Source: Minisyncoccota bacterium | Lineage (GTDB): Bacteria > Patescibacteriota > Minisyncoccia > JAHIHE01 > JAGLIN01 | Assembly: GCA_028690055.1 (NCBI GenBank) | Contig: JAQVBZ010000007.1 | Coordinates: forward strand, 1-57,547 | DNA length: 57,547 bases | Direction: 5' to 3' | Part shown: one piece after another, positions 47,590 to 57,136 of the stretch | Position numbering within the stretch: position 1 is the stretch's first letter | Layout of the letters: each line of letters begins with the position of its first letter | Program-made: the position numbers and the translations under genes | The notes under the pieces: model-generated | Database searches by the model: none | What the model saw: the letters and a program-made list of their open reading frames with translations, nothing else | Told to the model about the DNA's origin: nothing

Positions 47590-47606
47590 AGGTATCCTAA
47601 AAGCCG

Positions 47607-47635
47607 TAAATGCCGCTAAACAAGCGGCATTTTAT
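47607..47635 (+). terminator. Terminator after glyA
   Basis: AAATGCCGCT-N5-AGCGGCATTT. Confidence 0.75.
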
Positions 47636-47725
47636 TGACCACAAAAGCCACGGAATTATCTCATTTAATCCAAAACCCCATCGCCAACCCCCCTAAAATC
47701 TTGTCAAGTTTTCACCCCCTGATAG

Positions 47726-47754
47726 TTGACACTTTTTAAAAAAAATGATAAACT
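47726..47754 (+). promoter_or_regulatory. sigma70 promoter
   Basis: TTGACA-N17-TAAACT with TG extension. Confidence 0.65.
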
Positions 47755-47803
47755 AATTGCATTAGTTCCCTCAGAGGGAATTTTTAATTGGTAAAAAACT
47801 ATT

Positions 47804-48436
47804 ATGAATAAAATCTTATCTGCCTCAGAATTGGACGTTCCTCCCTTATTGCTGCTAACTTTAGCTGTAATAAGTCTTGTTTTCAACCTTTGTTTCCCTC
47901 AGTATGCTTACGCTAACAGCCCGGTAAACCAGAAGTTTGCCCGCGAAAATGAGCTAAAAGAGAACACGATTGCCTTAAACAAGCTAAAAAAGGAAATAGA
48001 GGAGAGAAAGACCACTTCCACCCAGAACGTAGAAGTTTATTCAGAATTCACTTTAGAGAAGAAGGTCGCAGTAAAAAAGAAGATACAAGTTGCGGTAAAG
48101 GCTCCACAAAGCACCGCGATCAGCAGTATTTCCAGCGATAATGGCATTTCTAGCCGCTGGGTGACGGTTACCGCTTATTCTTCCACCGTAGACCAATGTG
48201 ACGCTAGCCCTTTTATTACTGCTAGCGGAACCCATGTAAGAGACGGGGTTATTGCCACCAACTTGCTGGCATTCGGAACCAAGGTAAAATTCCCGAGTAT
48301 GTATGGAGACAAGATCTTCACCGTAGAAGACAGAATGAACAAGAGATTCTCCAATAGAGCCGACATATGGTTCTCTACTCGAGAACAGGCTAAACAGTTC
48401 GGTGTCAGAAAGCTTGAAATGATTGTCGTTTCCTAA
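47804..48436 (+). CDS. 3D (Asp-Asp-Asp) domain protein, lytic-transglycosylase-like
   Basis: N-terminal TM, VTVTAYSSTVDQCD.SPFITASG, FGTKV, VEDRM, ADIWF. Confidence 0.88.
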   Translation: MNKILSASELDVPPLLLLTLAVISLVFNLCFPQYAYANSPVNQKFARENELKENTIALNKLKKEIEERKTTSTQNVEVYSEFTLEKKVAVKKKIQVAVKAPQSTAISSISSDNGISSRWVTVTAYSSTVDQCDASPFITASGTHVRDGVIATNLLAFGTKVKFPSMYGDKIFTVEDRMNKRFSNRADIWFSTREQAKQFGVRKLEMIVVS

Positions 48437-48465
48437 GATAGTTCCGATAGGATATATATATATAT

Positions 48466-48493
48466 AAAAACAGAGCCCTAGTCCTCTGTTTTT
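48466..48493. terminator. Bidirectional terminator between convergent genes
   Basis: AAAAACAGAG-N8-CTCTGTTTTT. Confidence 0.75.
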
Positions 48494-48500
48494 CTTTTGC

Positions 48501-49577
48501 TTATTTTCTGCTTTTCCTCAATAAGCCGGAGAAGGAGCTATGAATCTTAAGCAGCACCGGAGGAGCCTCGAGAGAAAAGTGATGAGATACGGTTTTAACG
48601 CTAAAATGGAGCATGGCCACGCCTCCCAGCAAACAAAGAATGATGTTTATGAGTCGAGAGATCAGGCTGAACGCCAGACCTACATCTTTTCCTATGCCCA
48701 GGATGCCGGAGGCGAAGGTAAGAGCGAATTCAAAACTCCCCAAAGCTCCCGGAATCGGGAAAAAATTCGCCAAAGTAAGAAAAAAGAAAACCCCTAGAGA
48801 TTTAAGTATCCCTATCTGCTGACCGAGATAAAAGCAAATTACTGCTACAATCAGAACGTCTAGAAAAGATTCCAATAGCCCTAAAAAAACTGCCAGAAAG
48901 AAATGCTTCTTTTTTTCGTTAAAGAAGTTTTCCATGCTCTTTTCCGTCCTATCGATACTATCTGATTTATTTTTAATAAAACCGATCTTATCCAATCCGA
49001 TCTTGTGTATAAAAAAGGTGAAAAAGGCTTTTTCCCCGGCGCCACGATTCAACATCTTTTTGTAAAAGAAATACAAGATGAAAAAGGCTGAGAGAAAAAT
49101 CAAGAAAAAAGCATAGAACACTTCCGTGGGCAAAGAAAAGTGCTCAGCTAAAAAGATAAAGCCCGCCACCATCGCCACAAAAAGACAGGAGAGAAATATG
49201 ACCTGATCAATGATTACCGAGGCAAAAGACCTTTCCCATCCGCATTCAGATTCTTCCTTGACCATATAAGCACGGACAGGTTCGCCACCGATCATCGCCG
49301 AGGGGGTGATGTAGCTTAAGGTAAATCCGGCCATCTTGGCGCGCATTACCTTCCAAAAACTTATCGGACAGCCCTGCCCCTCTAAAATAACTTGCCAACG
49401 ACAGGTCCCCACCACGAAGACCGCCAAAAAGTTTAACAAAAAAACCCCGAGAAAGGCCTCTTTGGAAAATAAAGAAAGAGCCACCTTTATCTCAGATATA
49501 TCCACCTGTCCGAAGGCCGAAACTAGCAACAAGACCCCCAGCAGAATAGAAAAGAATAAAAAGAAAGCTTTTTTCAT
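48501..49577 (-). CDS. Lysylphosphatidylglycerol synthase TM / flippase-like (UPF0104) protein
   Basis: RWQVIL, GFTLSYITPSAMIGGEPVRAY, PIPGALGSFE; true start ATG 49577 (the called start lies in tRNA-Leu). Confidence 0.88.
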   Translation of the reverse strand: MKKAFFLFFSILLGVLLLVSAFGQVDISEIKVALSLFSKEAFLGVFLLNFLAVFVVGTCRWQVILEGQGCPISFWKVMRAKMAGFTLSYITPSAMIGGEPVRAYMVKEESECGWERSFASVIIDQVIFLSCLFVAMVAGFIFLAEHFSLPTEVFYAFFLIFLSAFFILYFFYKKMLNRGAGEKAFFTFFIHKIGLDKIGFIKNKSDSIDRTEKSMENFFNEKKKHFFLAVFLGLLESFLDVLIVAVICFYLGQQIGILKSLGVFFFLTLANFFPIPGALGSFEFALTFASGILGIGKDVGLAFSLISRLINIILCLLGGVAMLHFSVKTVSHHFSLEAPPVLLKIHSSFSGLLRKSRK

Positions 49578-49606
49578 CTTTTGATCAAATAATATAACAA
49601 CGAAAG

Positions 49607-49691
49607 TACCGGGAGAGGGAATCGAACCCTCAAGGAGTATAAGTCCAACGGATTTTAAGTCCGCCGCGTCTACCAATTCCGCCACCCCGGC
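49607..49691 (-). tRNA. tRNA-Leu(TAA)
   Basis: GCGGA-CTTAAAA-TCCGT anticodon arm, long variable arm. Confidence 0.95.
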
Positions 49692-49706
49692 AAAAAATAA
49701 CTGCTA

Positions 49707-49775
49707 ACTAATAACCTATAACGGATAACAATAACAAGCCGGACTGTTATAAGTTACAAGTTATAGGTTATTAGT
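49707..49775. repeat. Heptamer-periodic inverted repeat in the tRNA-Cys/tRNA-Leu spacer
   Basis: 16-bp perfect IR ACTAATAACCTATAAC/GTTATAGGTTATTAGT; GTTATAA-GTTACAA-GTTATAG-GTTATTA 7-nt period. Confidence 0.8.
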
Positions 49776-49782
49776 CATTTTG

Positions 49783-49853
49783 AGGCCTGGAACGGATTTG
49801 CACCGATCTACGCGGTTTTGCAGACCGCTACCTAACTACTCGGTCACCAGGCC
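49783..49853 (-). tRNA. tRNA-Cys(GCA)
   Basis: GGCCTGG/CCAGGCC acceptor, GCGGT-CTGCAAA-ACCGC anticodon arm. Confidence 0.94.
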
Positions 49854-49938
49854 GAAGATGCCCCGAACATTAATAAAACTAACATAAAAAGGTTGAGTGG
49901 TCAATATAAAGCTGGATTTGAGATATAAATCTTTTACA

Positions 49939-50040
49939 CGTCATTCTGAGGTACTCCGAAGAATCCCGTTATATCCTACGTACTGACAGGGATGCCCCGC
50001 CTCCGCGAGGGTGAATCTGGAAGACCTCCTCGCAATGACG
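49939..50040. repeat. CGTCAT-tagged palindrome, copy g (hybrid arms)
   Basis: cgtcattctgaggtactccgaagaatccc...ctcctcgcaatgacg. Confidence 0.85.
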
Positions 50041-50056
50041 GCTAACCATAAAAAAA

Positions 50057-50635
50057 TCAACCTCGCAGCTGATCTTTTTCTTTTTCAATCATATCGATGA
50101 TTTTGGGAATTTTCTTGAAATCCTTTTGCAGCTCCTCAATCAATGCACGGTTGTAGATGGTCGCCGCGGGATGATATATGGGGAAATATACATTTCCATC
50201 TTTGCGTTTCGGCTTGCCGTGATCCAAGGAAATCTTTAGCCCCGGGATGAAACGGTCCATCGCATGCCGACCCAAAAGGATGATGATTTTCGGTCGAATA
50301 AGTGTCACTTGCCTTTGTAAGAAATCGGCGCAAGCGGCAACTTCTTCCGGCAGGGGATCGCGATTGAGCGGTGGGCGACACTTGACCACGTTAGCGATAA
50401 AAACATCTTCACGTTTGAGATTGATGCTTGCCAAGAGTCCATCTAAAACTTTTCCTGCCGCACCTATAAAAGGTTTACCTTGCAAATCTTCATTCTTTCC
50501 CGGTGCCTCACCGATAAACATTACGTCTGCCTGAGAGCTCCCGTAGCCGGGAACGGTGTTGGTGCGCGTCTTGCAGAGTTGGCACGCTTGGCACGCTGCG
50601 ACTTCTTCTTCTATTTTTATAAGAGTATCTTTCAT
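50057..50635 (-). CDS. Family 4 (Fe-S) uracil-DNA glycosylase
   Basis: CQACQLC, GEAPG..ED..G.PFIG.AG, NVVKCRPP.NR, YHPAA. Confidence 0.95.
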   Translation of the reverse strand: MKDTLIKIEEEVAACQACQLCKTRTNTVPGYGSSQADVMFIGEAPGKNEDLQGKPFIGAAGKVLDGLLASINLKREDVFIANVVKCRPPLNRDPLPEEVAACADFLQRQVTLIRPKIIILLGRHAMDRFIPGLKISLDHGKPKRKDGNVYFPIYHPAATIYNRALIEELQKDFKKIPKIIDMIEKEKDQLRG

Positions 50636-51840
50636 AGCCTTGCGCCTAATCTCTGCCCGTCGGAACCGGCGGTAAGGAATGGAGATTCAGCCATAAGATT
50701 AAAACTGAACAAGAGTCCGTTTTCATAGAAAGGATCCTCGGAGCGATTGTTGTCTTCCATCTCACATTGACCGAAACATATAAAATTGTTTTGATTGTTC
50801 CAGATATCATTGAAGCTCAGCTTCACACCCTCGCTCTTGTCATCGACATAAACGCCGCTGCAGATCTCACAAGCACCGTTATCGGTGATGAGATTATTCC
50901 CGATAGTAGCGCTGGAATTCGTCAGATATATCCCGAAGGTCGCCCCCGCCTCAATACCATAAGCGCTATTGAAACTGATAGTGTTATGCTCGATGACAGC
51001 CTGACTGTTATAAATATTAATACCTTTTTTATTGGCGTAGATAAGGTTATCGACAATCAGCGGGTTGGAATCCGTAACCTTGTCCAGATTGAATATCTGC
51101 ACTCCCGCCTTGCTCTGCTCGAGTACGTTGCGCTGCACGGTAGGGGAGGAATGACCTTTGATATAGATATCATAGTCATTGGAAAAAATAATATTGCGAT
51201 TGATGATCGGAGAAGAATTTTCGATCAGGATCCCGCTCAGATTTTCCTGCGCGTTCTTGATACTGAAATTTTCCAAACGGGTTTCCTTGTTCTCCAAATT
51301 CTTAAAAACTACGACGCTACCTTTTTCGTCCCCATTCAAAATTGTCGTCTCCGCGTGCTCTCCAACTAAGCTCACGCCGTTCCTCATCGTGATATTTTCC
51401 TTATATTCTCCGGCAGCGACCGAAACCACGTCTCCCGGCAGCGCAGAATTGATAGCTTTCTGAATAGTGTCGAATTCGGCCGGTACTTTCAACACGACAC
51501 TCGTACGCTGCCCCTCATCATCTGGGCGAAAAGACGACAAGGCCCCGCTGCCACCCAACTTCGCAAAAATCTGGGCCAATTTCGAAGTCTCCGCGACCGC
51601 CTCCGCCTTAACGTTGCTATTCAAATCGGCGTTTTCTCCAGATAGGATCTGATCCACGCTATTTCCAGAACCTACACCGGATGCATTGTTTTCTCTGCCA
51701 CCTAGAAAAGCAAAAGCCAGGACAAGTAAGACGATCAAGAGCACGATGACCTTTCTGCTTTTGCGCCACATATCTAATACTCTCTCTATCTTTAGGACGA
51801 TGTCAACCGCTTTTCTTTTTTCTATTTTTTTCATCGTCAA
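50632..51840 (-). CDS. Membrane-anchored right-handed beta-helix (pectin-lyase-like) protein
   Basis: TIQKAINSA.PGD.V.V..G.YKE, SSP.I.RN.I..N repeats, N-terminal TM. Confidence 0.85.
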   Translation of the reverse strand: MTMKKIEKRKAVDIVLKIERVLDMWRKSRKVIVLLIVLLVLAFAFLGGRENNASGVGSGNSVDQILSGENADLNSNVKAEAVAETSKLAQIFAKLGGSGALSSFRPDDEGQRTSVVLKVPAEFDTIQKAINSALPGDVVSVAAGEYKENITMRNGVSLVGEHAETTILNGDEKGSVVVFKNLENKETRLENFSIKNAQENLSGILIENSSPIINRNIIFSNDYDIYIKGHSSPTVQRNVLEQSKAGVQIFNLDKVTDSNPLIVDNLIYANKKGINIYNSQAVIEHNTISFNSAYGIEAGATFGIYLTNSSATIGNNLITDNGACEICSGVYVDDKSEGVKLSFNDIWNNQNNFICFGQCEMEDNNRSEDPFYENGLLFSFNLMAESPFLTAGSDGQRLGARL

Positions 51841-51947
51841 AACTTATAAAATTCATAAAAGAAACTGCATATATTTTAACACAGAATCGAAAAAAGACGA
51901 AAGGACTATCAATTCTCTGATTACCCCTTTTATTCTGTTTCACAATT

Positions 51948-52832
51948 TCAACGGATGATTTCCTTCCTGATATTTTTCAACAATTCGAGATCGTCCTCGC
52001 TCCCGGATGAGGGAGTCTCCAGCACAAAATCCAAGTCGCGTTCTTGCAGTTCGTGCAAGATAGCCGTTATGCCTTCGATACCAATTTTTCCTTTACCGAC
52101 ATTGGCGTGACGATCAACGTGCGAATCAAGGTCAGCAGCCGAGTCATTAAGATGGATTAACTTTATCCTATCAAGCCCCACGATTTTATCAAAGTCTGAG
52201 AAAGTCTTTTTAACAGCCATATCCGTACGCAAGTCATATCCGGAAGCGAAAGCGTGTGCGGTGTCAAAGCAAACACCCAAGATGTCCTTGCCGATAGTCT
52301 TTTCCACCTCCTCGATAAAATAGCCGATTTCCTCAAAAGAATCTCCCATAATATTACCCGACCCGGCAGTAATCTCCAGAAGTAATTTTGCTCGGTATTT
52401 GAGGTATTTCGGTTTGGTCCCTTTGGTAGAGGAGGGAATTTCAAATACCTTTACCAGCCCCGCGACGAGTTTCTGTTTGGCTTGTTCCCCGTCCATATCC
52501 TTGGAACTTCCCAGATGGGTTACCACACCCCGCGCGCCCAGTAGATCCGCCACCTCCATCTCGCTCTTGATAGCGCTGATTGAACCATGGTAGATGCGGT
52601 TATTTTCCGAAGCGAAATTTATGTAATAAGGCGAGTGAATGAAAAAATCTTTCGCCTCTCCTTTTGCGAGATTTTCCTTGAAGGCATCAGCTGCGGCTGC
52701 GTCTATCTTGCGCACAGTTCCACCATGCGGGGAACGGGAGAATATCTGGAAGCATTCGCAATGCGCCGCCATCGCCCTAAGCGGAGCATGCTCAACGCCT
52801 TGTGCGATAGAAATATGTAATCCGAACTTCAT
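51948..52832 (-). CDS. nfo: Endonuclease IV (AP endonuclease)
   Basis: GLHISIA, HSPYYINFAS, VTHLGS, LLEITAG, CFDTAHAFASG, HLNDS, DRHA. Confidence 0.95.
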   Translation of the reverse strand: MKFGLHISIAQGVEHAPLRAMAAHCECFQIFSRSPHGGTVRKIDAAAADAFKENLAKGEAKDFFIHSPYYINFASENNRIYHGSISAIKSEMEVADLLGARGVVTHLGSSKDMDGEQAKQKLVAGLVKVFEIPSSTKGTKPKYLKYRAKLLLEITAGSGNIMGDSFEEIGYFIEEVEKTIGKDILGVCFDTAHAFASGYDLRTDMAVKKTFSDFDKIVGLDRIKLIHLNDSAADLDSHVDRHANVGKGKIGIEGITAILHELQERDLDFVLETPSSGSEDDLELLKNIRKEIIR

Positions 52833-52972
52833 ATAGCTTTTTTAATGCTTATGTTATAAGTATAGGCAAAATAGGTGAAAGAGCAATGTTTACAGAATCT
52901 CTGAAAAATATATTTTGTCATTATGGCATGGCGGTTTACTGGATGTTTTGACTGCTATGTGTGCATTCTTCT

Positions 52973-52998
52973 GTAGAGACGTCGATTTATCACGTCTC
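52973..52998. repeat. Single GTAG-tagged REP (GTAGAGACG type)
   Basis: GTAGAGACG-tcgatttatca-CGTCTC. Confidence 0.65.
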
Positions 52999-53026
52999 GG
53001 TCTTCAACAAAACATCACTATTTATT

Positions 53027-53062
53027 CCCCCTCACCCTGGCCCTCTCCCGGTAGGAGAGGGG
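53027..53062. repeat. CCCCTCACCC...CCCTCTCCC...GGAGAGGG palindromic repeat
   Basis: ccccctcaccctggccctctcccggtaggagagggg; relative of 42371..42404. Confidence 0.75.
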
Positions 53063-53100
53063 ACGAGGCTTACCTCATATTATTTTATATAATGCGAGAG

Positions 53101-53187
53101 TGTCATCATATATGTAGTGAAACGAAGTGAAGAATCTCACTACTGCGCGGGAGAGAACGGGATTCTTCGGGGTACCTCAGAATGACA
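53101..53187. repeat. TGTCAT-tagged palindrome, copy h
   Basis: tgtcatc...aacgaagtgaagaatctc...gggattcttcggggtacctcagaatgaca. Confidence 0.88.
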
Positions 53188-53297
53188 CAATATACAGGAG
53201 GAGAAAGAGAGGGGAAGTATTTTTTTAGATTAACCAAATGTAACGCCACTGGCATATCCAAAAGAATCAAAAAACAACCTTTCTCACGGTTGCTTTT

Positions 53298-54299
53298 TTA
53301 TTCGGCTTTTGCCACGATGCCCATTTCTTTCTCCTTGAGGCTAAGTACCAGACGTGTGATACGCTCCACGCTCTTTTTGAGGTCGCCCTCTACCTCGAAT
53401 CCGGAGGCGAGCTTGTGTCCGCCGCCGCCCAGCTGCCGCGCGATTTTGGAAACATCCACCCCCTTGTATTCCTCGCTCCTGAGACTGCCTTTGATTTTCT
53501 GATCGTCGTATTCCGTCAGGAGCAGGGAGAATTTGGCATCCGAAACGGTATTGATAACACTGACCAGTCCCGCCAAATCATCCTGACTGGCACCAGCCTC
53601 TTCGATATCGGACTGATTCACATATGACACCGCCATCCCGGTCGCCACGTCCGTCTCGATCCGAGAGAGCGCCGTGCCCCACAATTTGATAGCCGCGATA
53701 TTCTTGCTGTTGAAGATGCCCTTGGCAATCTTCTCGATACGCGGACCTTTCTTCATCAGCTGTGCCGCCGCCCGAAGTGTCACCCCGTCAGTATTATTGT
53801 GTTGAAATCCTCCCGTATCGGTAAAGATTCCCGTCAGTAGGCATGTGGCAATCCGCTTGTCGATTGCGATATCCATTTCCTCGAGCAATTCGTAGATCAT
53901 CACCGCTGTCGCCGCCTTCTTCTCGTCAATCCACTCTTGCGCATTCTCATAGAATTCCACTTCTGTACGCGGATGATGGTCGATAATCAGCAGCTTATCG
54001 AAAGAAGCGACCAGACCAAAAATATTTTCGATGCCCGTCCGTTTGAAAACCGCGCAATCCAGCAGGATTACCAAATCGTAATTTACAAACCCCTTTTGCT
54101 TTTCAAACATCTCGACTCCCGGCAAAAAGCCAAACACCGGAGGAATCTTATTGACAGAAAAACAACTGACTTTCTTGCCGATTTTTTCCAGTGCCAAAGC
54201 CAGCCCCAAAGAAGAGCCCAGCGCATCGCCGTCAGGATTCTTGTGGCTGAGAATCAAGATATTCTCGCTGTTTTTGATAATGTCTGTTATTGCTTTCAT
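53298..54299 (-). CDS. nrnA: DHH/DHHA1 phosphoesterase (NrnA-like nanoRNase/pAp phosphatase)
   Basis: HKNPDGDALGS, ILLDC, IIDHH, DTGGF, GGGGHKLASG. Confidence 0.92.
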   Translation of the reverse strand: MKAITDIIKNSENILILSHKNPDGDALGSSLGLALALEKIGKKVSCFSVNKIPPVFGFLPGVEMFEKQKGFVNYDLVILLDCAVFKRTGIENIFGLVASFDKLLIIDHHPRTEVEFYENAQEWIDEKKAATAVMIYELLEEMDIAIDKRIATCLLTGIFTDTGGFQHNNTDGVTLRAAAQLMKKGPRIEKIAKGIFNSKNIAAIKLWGTALSRIETDVATGMAVSYVNQSDIEEAGASQDDLAGLVSVINTVSDAKFSLLLTEYDDQKIKGSLRSEEYKGVDVSKIARQLGGGGHKLASGFEVEGDLKKSVERITRLVLSLKEKEMGIVAKAE

Positions 54300-54328
54300 A
54301 TTTTTTAGCAAAAAGGCGCTAGCAAAAG

Positions 54329-54673
54329 CTAACGGCCTCTCTCCTCGTTTTCTCTGATTATCTCAATTATCCTTTCCGCTTTGTCGCCGCTCAAATCAAG
54401 ACGAAAGCGGATCATCGGCACCGGCTTCATATGCAGTTTTTTGTTGATTTTCTGCTGCATCGCGTAGATATCCTCGTTAAGGACGACCAGCGCTTCTTCT
54501 TCCTTCTCCTGTGGCATCACGCTGACATAGATATCACCGTAATGTAAATCGGGGGAAGTATCCGCCCTAATGATTGTCACTACCATGCCAGCAGGGAAGT
54601 CCACATCCTCCAAGATGAGTTTTCCCACTTCCTGTCTGAGAAGCTTGTTCACTTTTAATATTCTTTCGCTCAT
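54329..54673 (-). CDS. rbfA: Ribosome-binding factor A
   Basis: RILKVNKLLRQEVG, TSPDLHYGDIYVSV, VPMIRFRLD. Confidence 0.93.
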   Translation of the reverse strand: MSERILKVNKLLRQEVGKLILEDVDFPAGMVVTIIRADTSPDLHYGDIYVSVMPQEKEEEALVVLNEDIYAMQQKINKKLHMKPVPMIRFRLDLSGDKAERIIEIIRENEERGR

Positions 54674-54674
54674 A

Positions 54675-56483
54675 TTATTTCACAATCCTTTTAACTTTTT
54701 CTTCTTTGTATGCCACGATGTCGTCGCCCTCCTCCACCAGTATATCTCCTTTGAAAGTGACGCCTGCGTTATTTCCGGATTTCAATTCTCCGACCGTCTT
54801 CTTGTTGTGCTGCAACTCCGTCAGGATTCCCTCTCCTACTTTCTCTCCGTCCCTCATAATTTCCAGCTTGGCGTTTTTTTCCACTTTACCGTGCTCGATC
54901 TTCGCCCCGAAAATCATATCCACGACCTTGGCCGATTTTCTCGGTAACTTGAAAATCGCAATCACTTTCATCTTACCTAAGTCTGTGCGCACAGTTTCCG
55001 CATCCAGCATATCAGAAAGTTCTCCTTTGACGTAAGTCACCATCTCATAGATGATATTGAAAAACTTGAAAGCTATATTCTCTTTTTCACCGATCCGTTT
55101 GGCATTGGCATCGGCGCTATTATTAAACCCTATAACCCGGGCATCGGAAGATTGCGCCATTTTGACATCCGACTCGGTGATATCACCGACACCAGTTTTG
55201 AGAATCTGTATCGCAACTCCACTCACTTTGATCGTATCCAATATCTGTACTATCGCTTCCAACGAACCTTTGGTGTCCGCCTTGATGACAAGATTCAATT
55301 TCTTCAACTTGCCGTTTTCCGCCATCTCTTGGATTCTGGAAACACTGAGAACTTTACCTTCACCGAGAGTACTTGTCGTTCTCTCTTTAAAGGCCAGAGC
55401 AGCTGCTTCCGCGGCACTCCTTGTCGGATAAGCCTTAAGGACCATCCCTGACCGCGGCACTTCACTGAGACCCAAAATAGTAATCGGCATCGAAGGAGTC
55501 GCATCCTCGATTTCCTCCCCCAAAAAATTCTTCATAATCTTTATTCTTCCCGAGAGAATACCCGCTGCCACAAAATCACCCTCGCTCAAAGTACCGTTCT
55601 GGATTAGCACTGTCGCTATCGGTCCGACCTTCGGGTTCAAGTGAGACTCGATGATAAACCCCTCCGCAAATGACCCATACTCCGCCTTGAGCTCTTCCAT
55701 ATCAGAGTAAAGGATTATCATATCCAAAAGATTGTCGATACCCTCACCGGTCTTGGCGGAAATATTGACGCACACCGTCTTGCCTCCCCATTCTTCGGGC
55801 ATCAAATCGATGTCACTCAATTCTTTCTTAACAAGCTCCACATTTGATTCGGGCTTGTCAATCTTATTGATAGCCACTATGATAGGCAGCCCCGCACTCT
55901 TGGCAAAAGCTACAGCTTCCTTGGTCTGCGGCTTCACTCCATCATCCGCCGCGACCACGATCACTGCCAAATCTGTAATGTAAGCTCCTCGCTCACGCAT
56001 CGAGTGGAAAGCTTCATGTCCAGGGGTATCCATAAAAGTAATAACTTCACCTTTTTTCTTAACCTGATAAGAGCTGACATTCTGCGTGATGCCTCCATGC
56101 TCTCCCGCTGCTACATTAGTAGAAAGAATCTTATCAAGTAAGGTGGTTTTTCCGTGATCTACGTGCCCCATAACTACTACCACCGGCGGACGTTTCTTGG
56201 CACCCTTACCCAGGGTTTTTGATTTAAGCAGATAACGGTTTCTTTCCAAATCGGACTTCTTGCGAACAATCTCAAAACCGAGGTCATCGCCCACGATCAC
56301 CGCCGTTTCGAAATCGATCTTCTCGTTGAGCGTAGCAAAAATTTTGTTCTTCATCAGCTCTGCAATCAAATCGGTGACTCTGATTTCCATCTTAGCCGCC
56401 AAATCCTTCACCACGATAGCATCTTCGATTTCAATCGATATTTTTTTGACCTCTTCATTTTTATTTTCTTCTTGTTTATCCAT
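54675..56483 (-). CDS. infB: Translation initiation factor IF-2 (short form)
   Basis: RPPVVVVMGHVDHGKTTLLD, GGITQ, DTPGHEAF, NKID. Confidence 0.98.
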   Translation of the reverse strand: MDKQEENKNEEVKKISIEIEDAIVVKDLAAKMEIRVTDLIAELMKNKIFATLNEKIDFETAVIVGDDLGFEIVRKKSDLERNRYLLKSKTLGKGAKKRPPVVVVMGHVDHGKTTLLDKILSTNVAAGEHGGITQNVSSYQVKKKGEVITFMDTPGHEAFHSMRERGAYITDLAVIVVAADDGVKPQTKEAVAFAKSAGLPIIVAINKIDKPESNVELVKKELSDIDLMPEEWGGKTVCVNISAKTGEGIDNLLDMIILYSDMEELKAEYGSFAEGFIIESHLNPKVGPIATVLIQNGTLSEGDFVAAGILSGRIKIMKNFLGEEIEDATPSMPITILGLSEVPRSGMVLKAYPTRSAAEAAALAFKERTTSTLGEGKVLSVSRIQEMAENGKLKKLNLVIKADTKGSLEAIVQILDTIKVSGVAIQILKTGVGDITESDVKMAQSSDARVIGFNNSADANAKRIGEKENIAFKFFNIIYEMVTYVKGELSDMLDAETVRTDLGKMKVIAIFKLPRKSAKVVDMIFGAKIEHGKVEKNAKLEIMRDGEKVGEGILTELQHNKKTVGELKSGNNAGVTFKGDILVEEGDDIVAYKEEKVKRIVK

Positions 56484-56533
56484 CTATATTGAATTTACGA
56501 ATATTAGTAAACGTTAAAAAGGCATCACTGCCT

Positions 56534-57031
56534 TTATCTTTTCATAGCTATACCGAGGGCTTCCGCCTCTTCTTTGCTTAGCTGATATTCAGATTTTCCA
56601 TTCTTGACGGGCTTGGCATAAATCCTAACTCCGTCTCTTGAATAAAGACTAAGTATGATAACACCTGAGTTATAATTGTCAAGCAATGCCACCGCGAAAC
56701 TCTGATTGCCGCCCTCATTACCGAAGGGATTGAAACGGAGCATACCGACTTTCTGCACTGCAAACGAAAGCTGTTGCAATATACGTTGGTCAGCATCCCT
56801 AAGCGCGATTATCGCGTCTTCAATCCGATTATTCTTCTCAATCTGCCCCATTATTACTTCTTCCAAATCCGTCGCTTTCTTGCCGGAAAAGAGGATTTGC
56901 GCATTTTTTTTAAGCTTTGATACCTCGAAAAAAAGATATGCGCTTAAGAGCAAAAACACGACAACCAACGCCATCAAAACCAGGATGATGGTATCTTGAT
57001 TATCAGCGATAAACCCTAAAGAAGACGACAT
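56534..57031 (-). CDS. DUF4446-family protein
   Basis: N-terminal TM, coiled coil, RFNPFGNEGGNQSFAVALLD, YAKP...G.SEY.LSKEE. Confidence 0.85.
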   Translation of the reverse strand: MSSSLGFIADNQDTIILVLMALVVVFLLLSAYLFFEVSKLKKNAQILFSGKKATDLEEVIMGQIEKNNRIEDAIIALRDADQRILQQLSFAVQKVGMLRFNPFGNEGGNQSFAVALLDNYNSGVIILSLYSRDGVRIYAKPVKNGKSEYQLSKEEAEALGIAMKR

Positions 57032-57136
57032 AGGCGAAATATTAGCAATAAAAAAAGAAAATCCCCTCAAAGACTATGGTTATAATAGCCCTTTTGGGGG
57101 GATTGGTCAATAAAAAGCATTTTATCAAGAGGCTTC

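Noticed and set aside
48452-48465. (AT)n microsatellite as a phase-variation switch
   Set aside because: It lies between convergent 3' ends beside a terminator, so no gene or promoter would be affected.
49578-49685. N-terminal extension MAELVDAADLKS... of the flippase-like ORF
   Set aside because: It is the translation of tRNA-Leu(TAA); the true start is ATG 49577.
52915-53502. ORFs 52915..53130 and 53182..53502
   Set aside because: They run through stacked palindromes or antisense to the DHH gene, with no coding signal.
1157-56517. Many 60-210 aa antisense or alternative-frame ORFs overlapping real genes
   Set aside because: Shadow ORFs of well-supported genes; no motifs or ribosome-binding sites.
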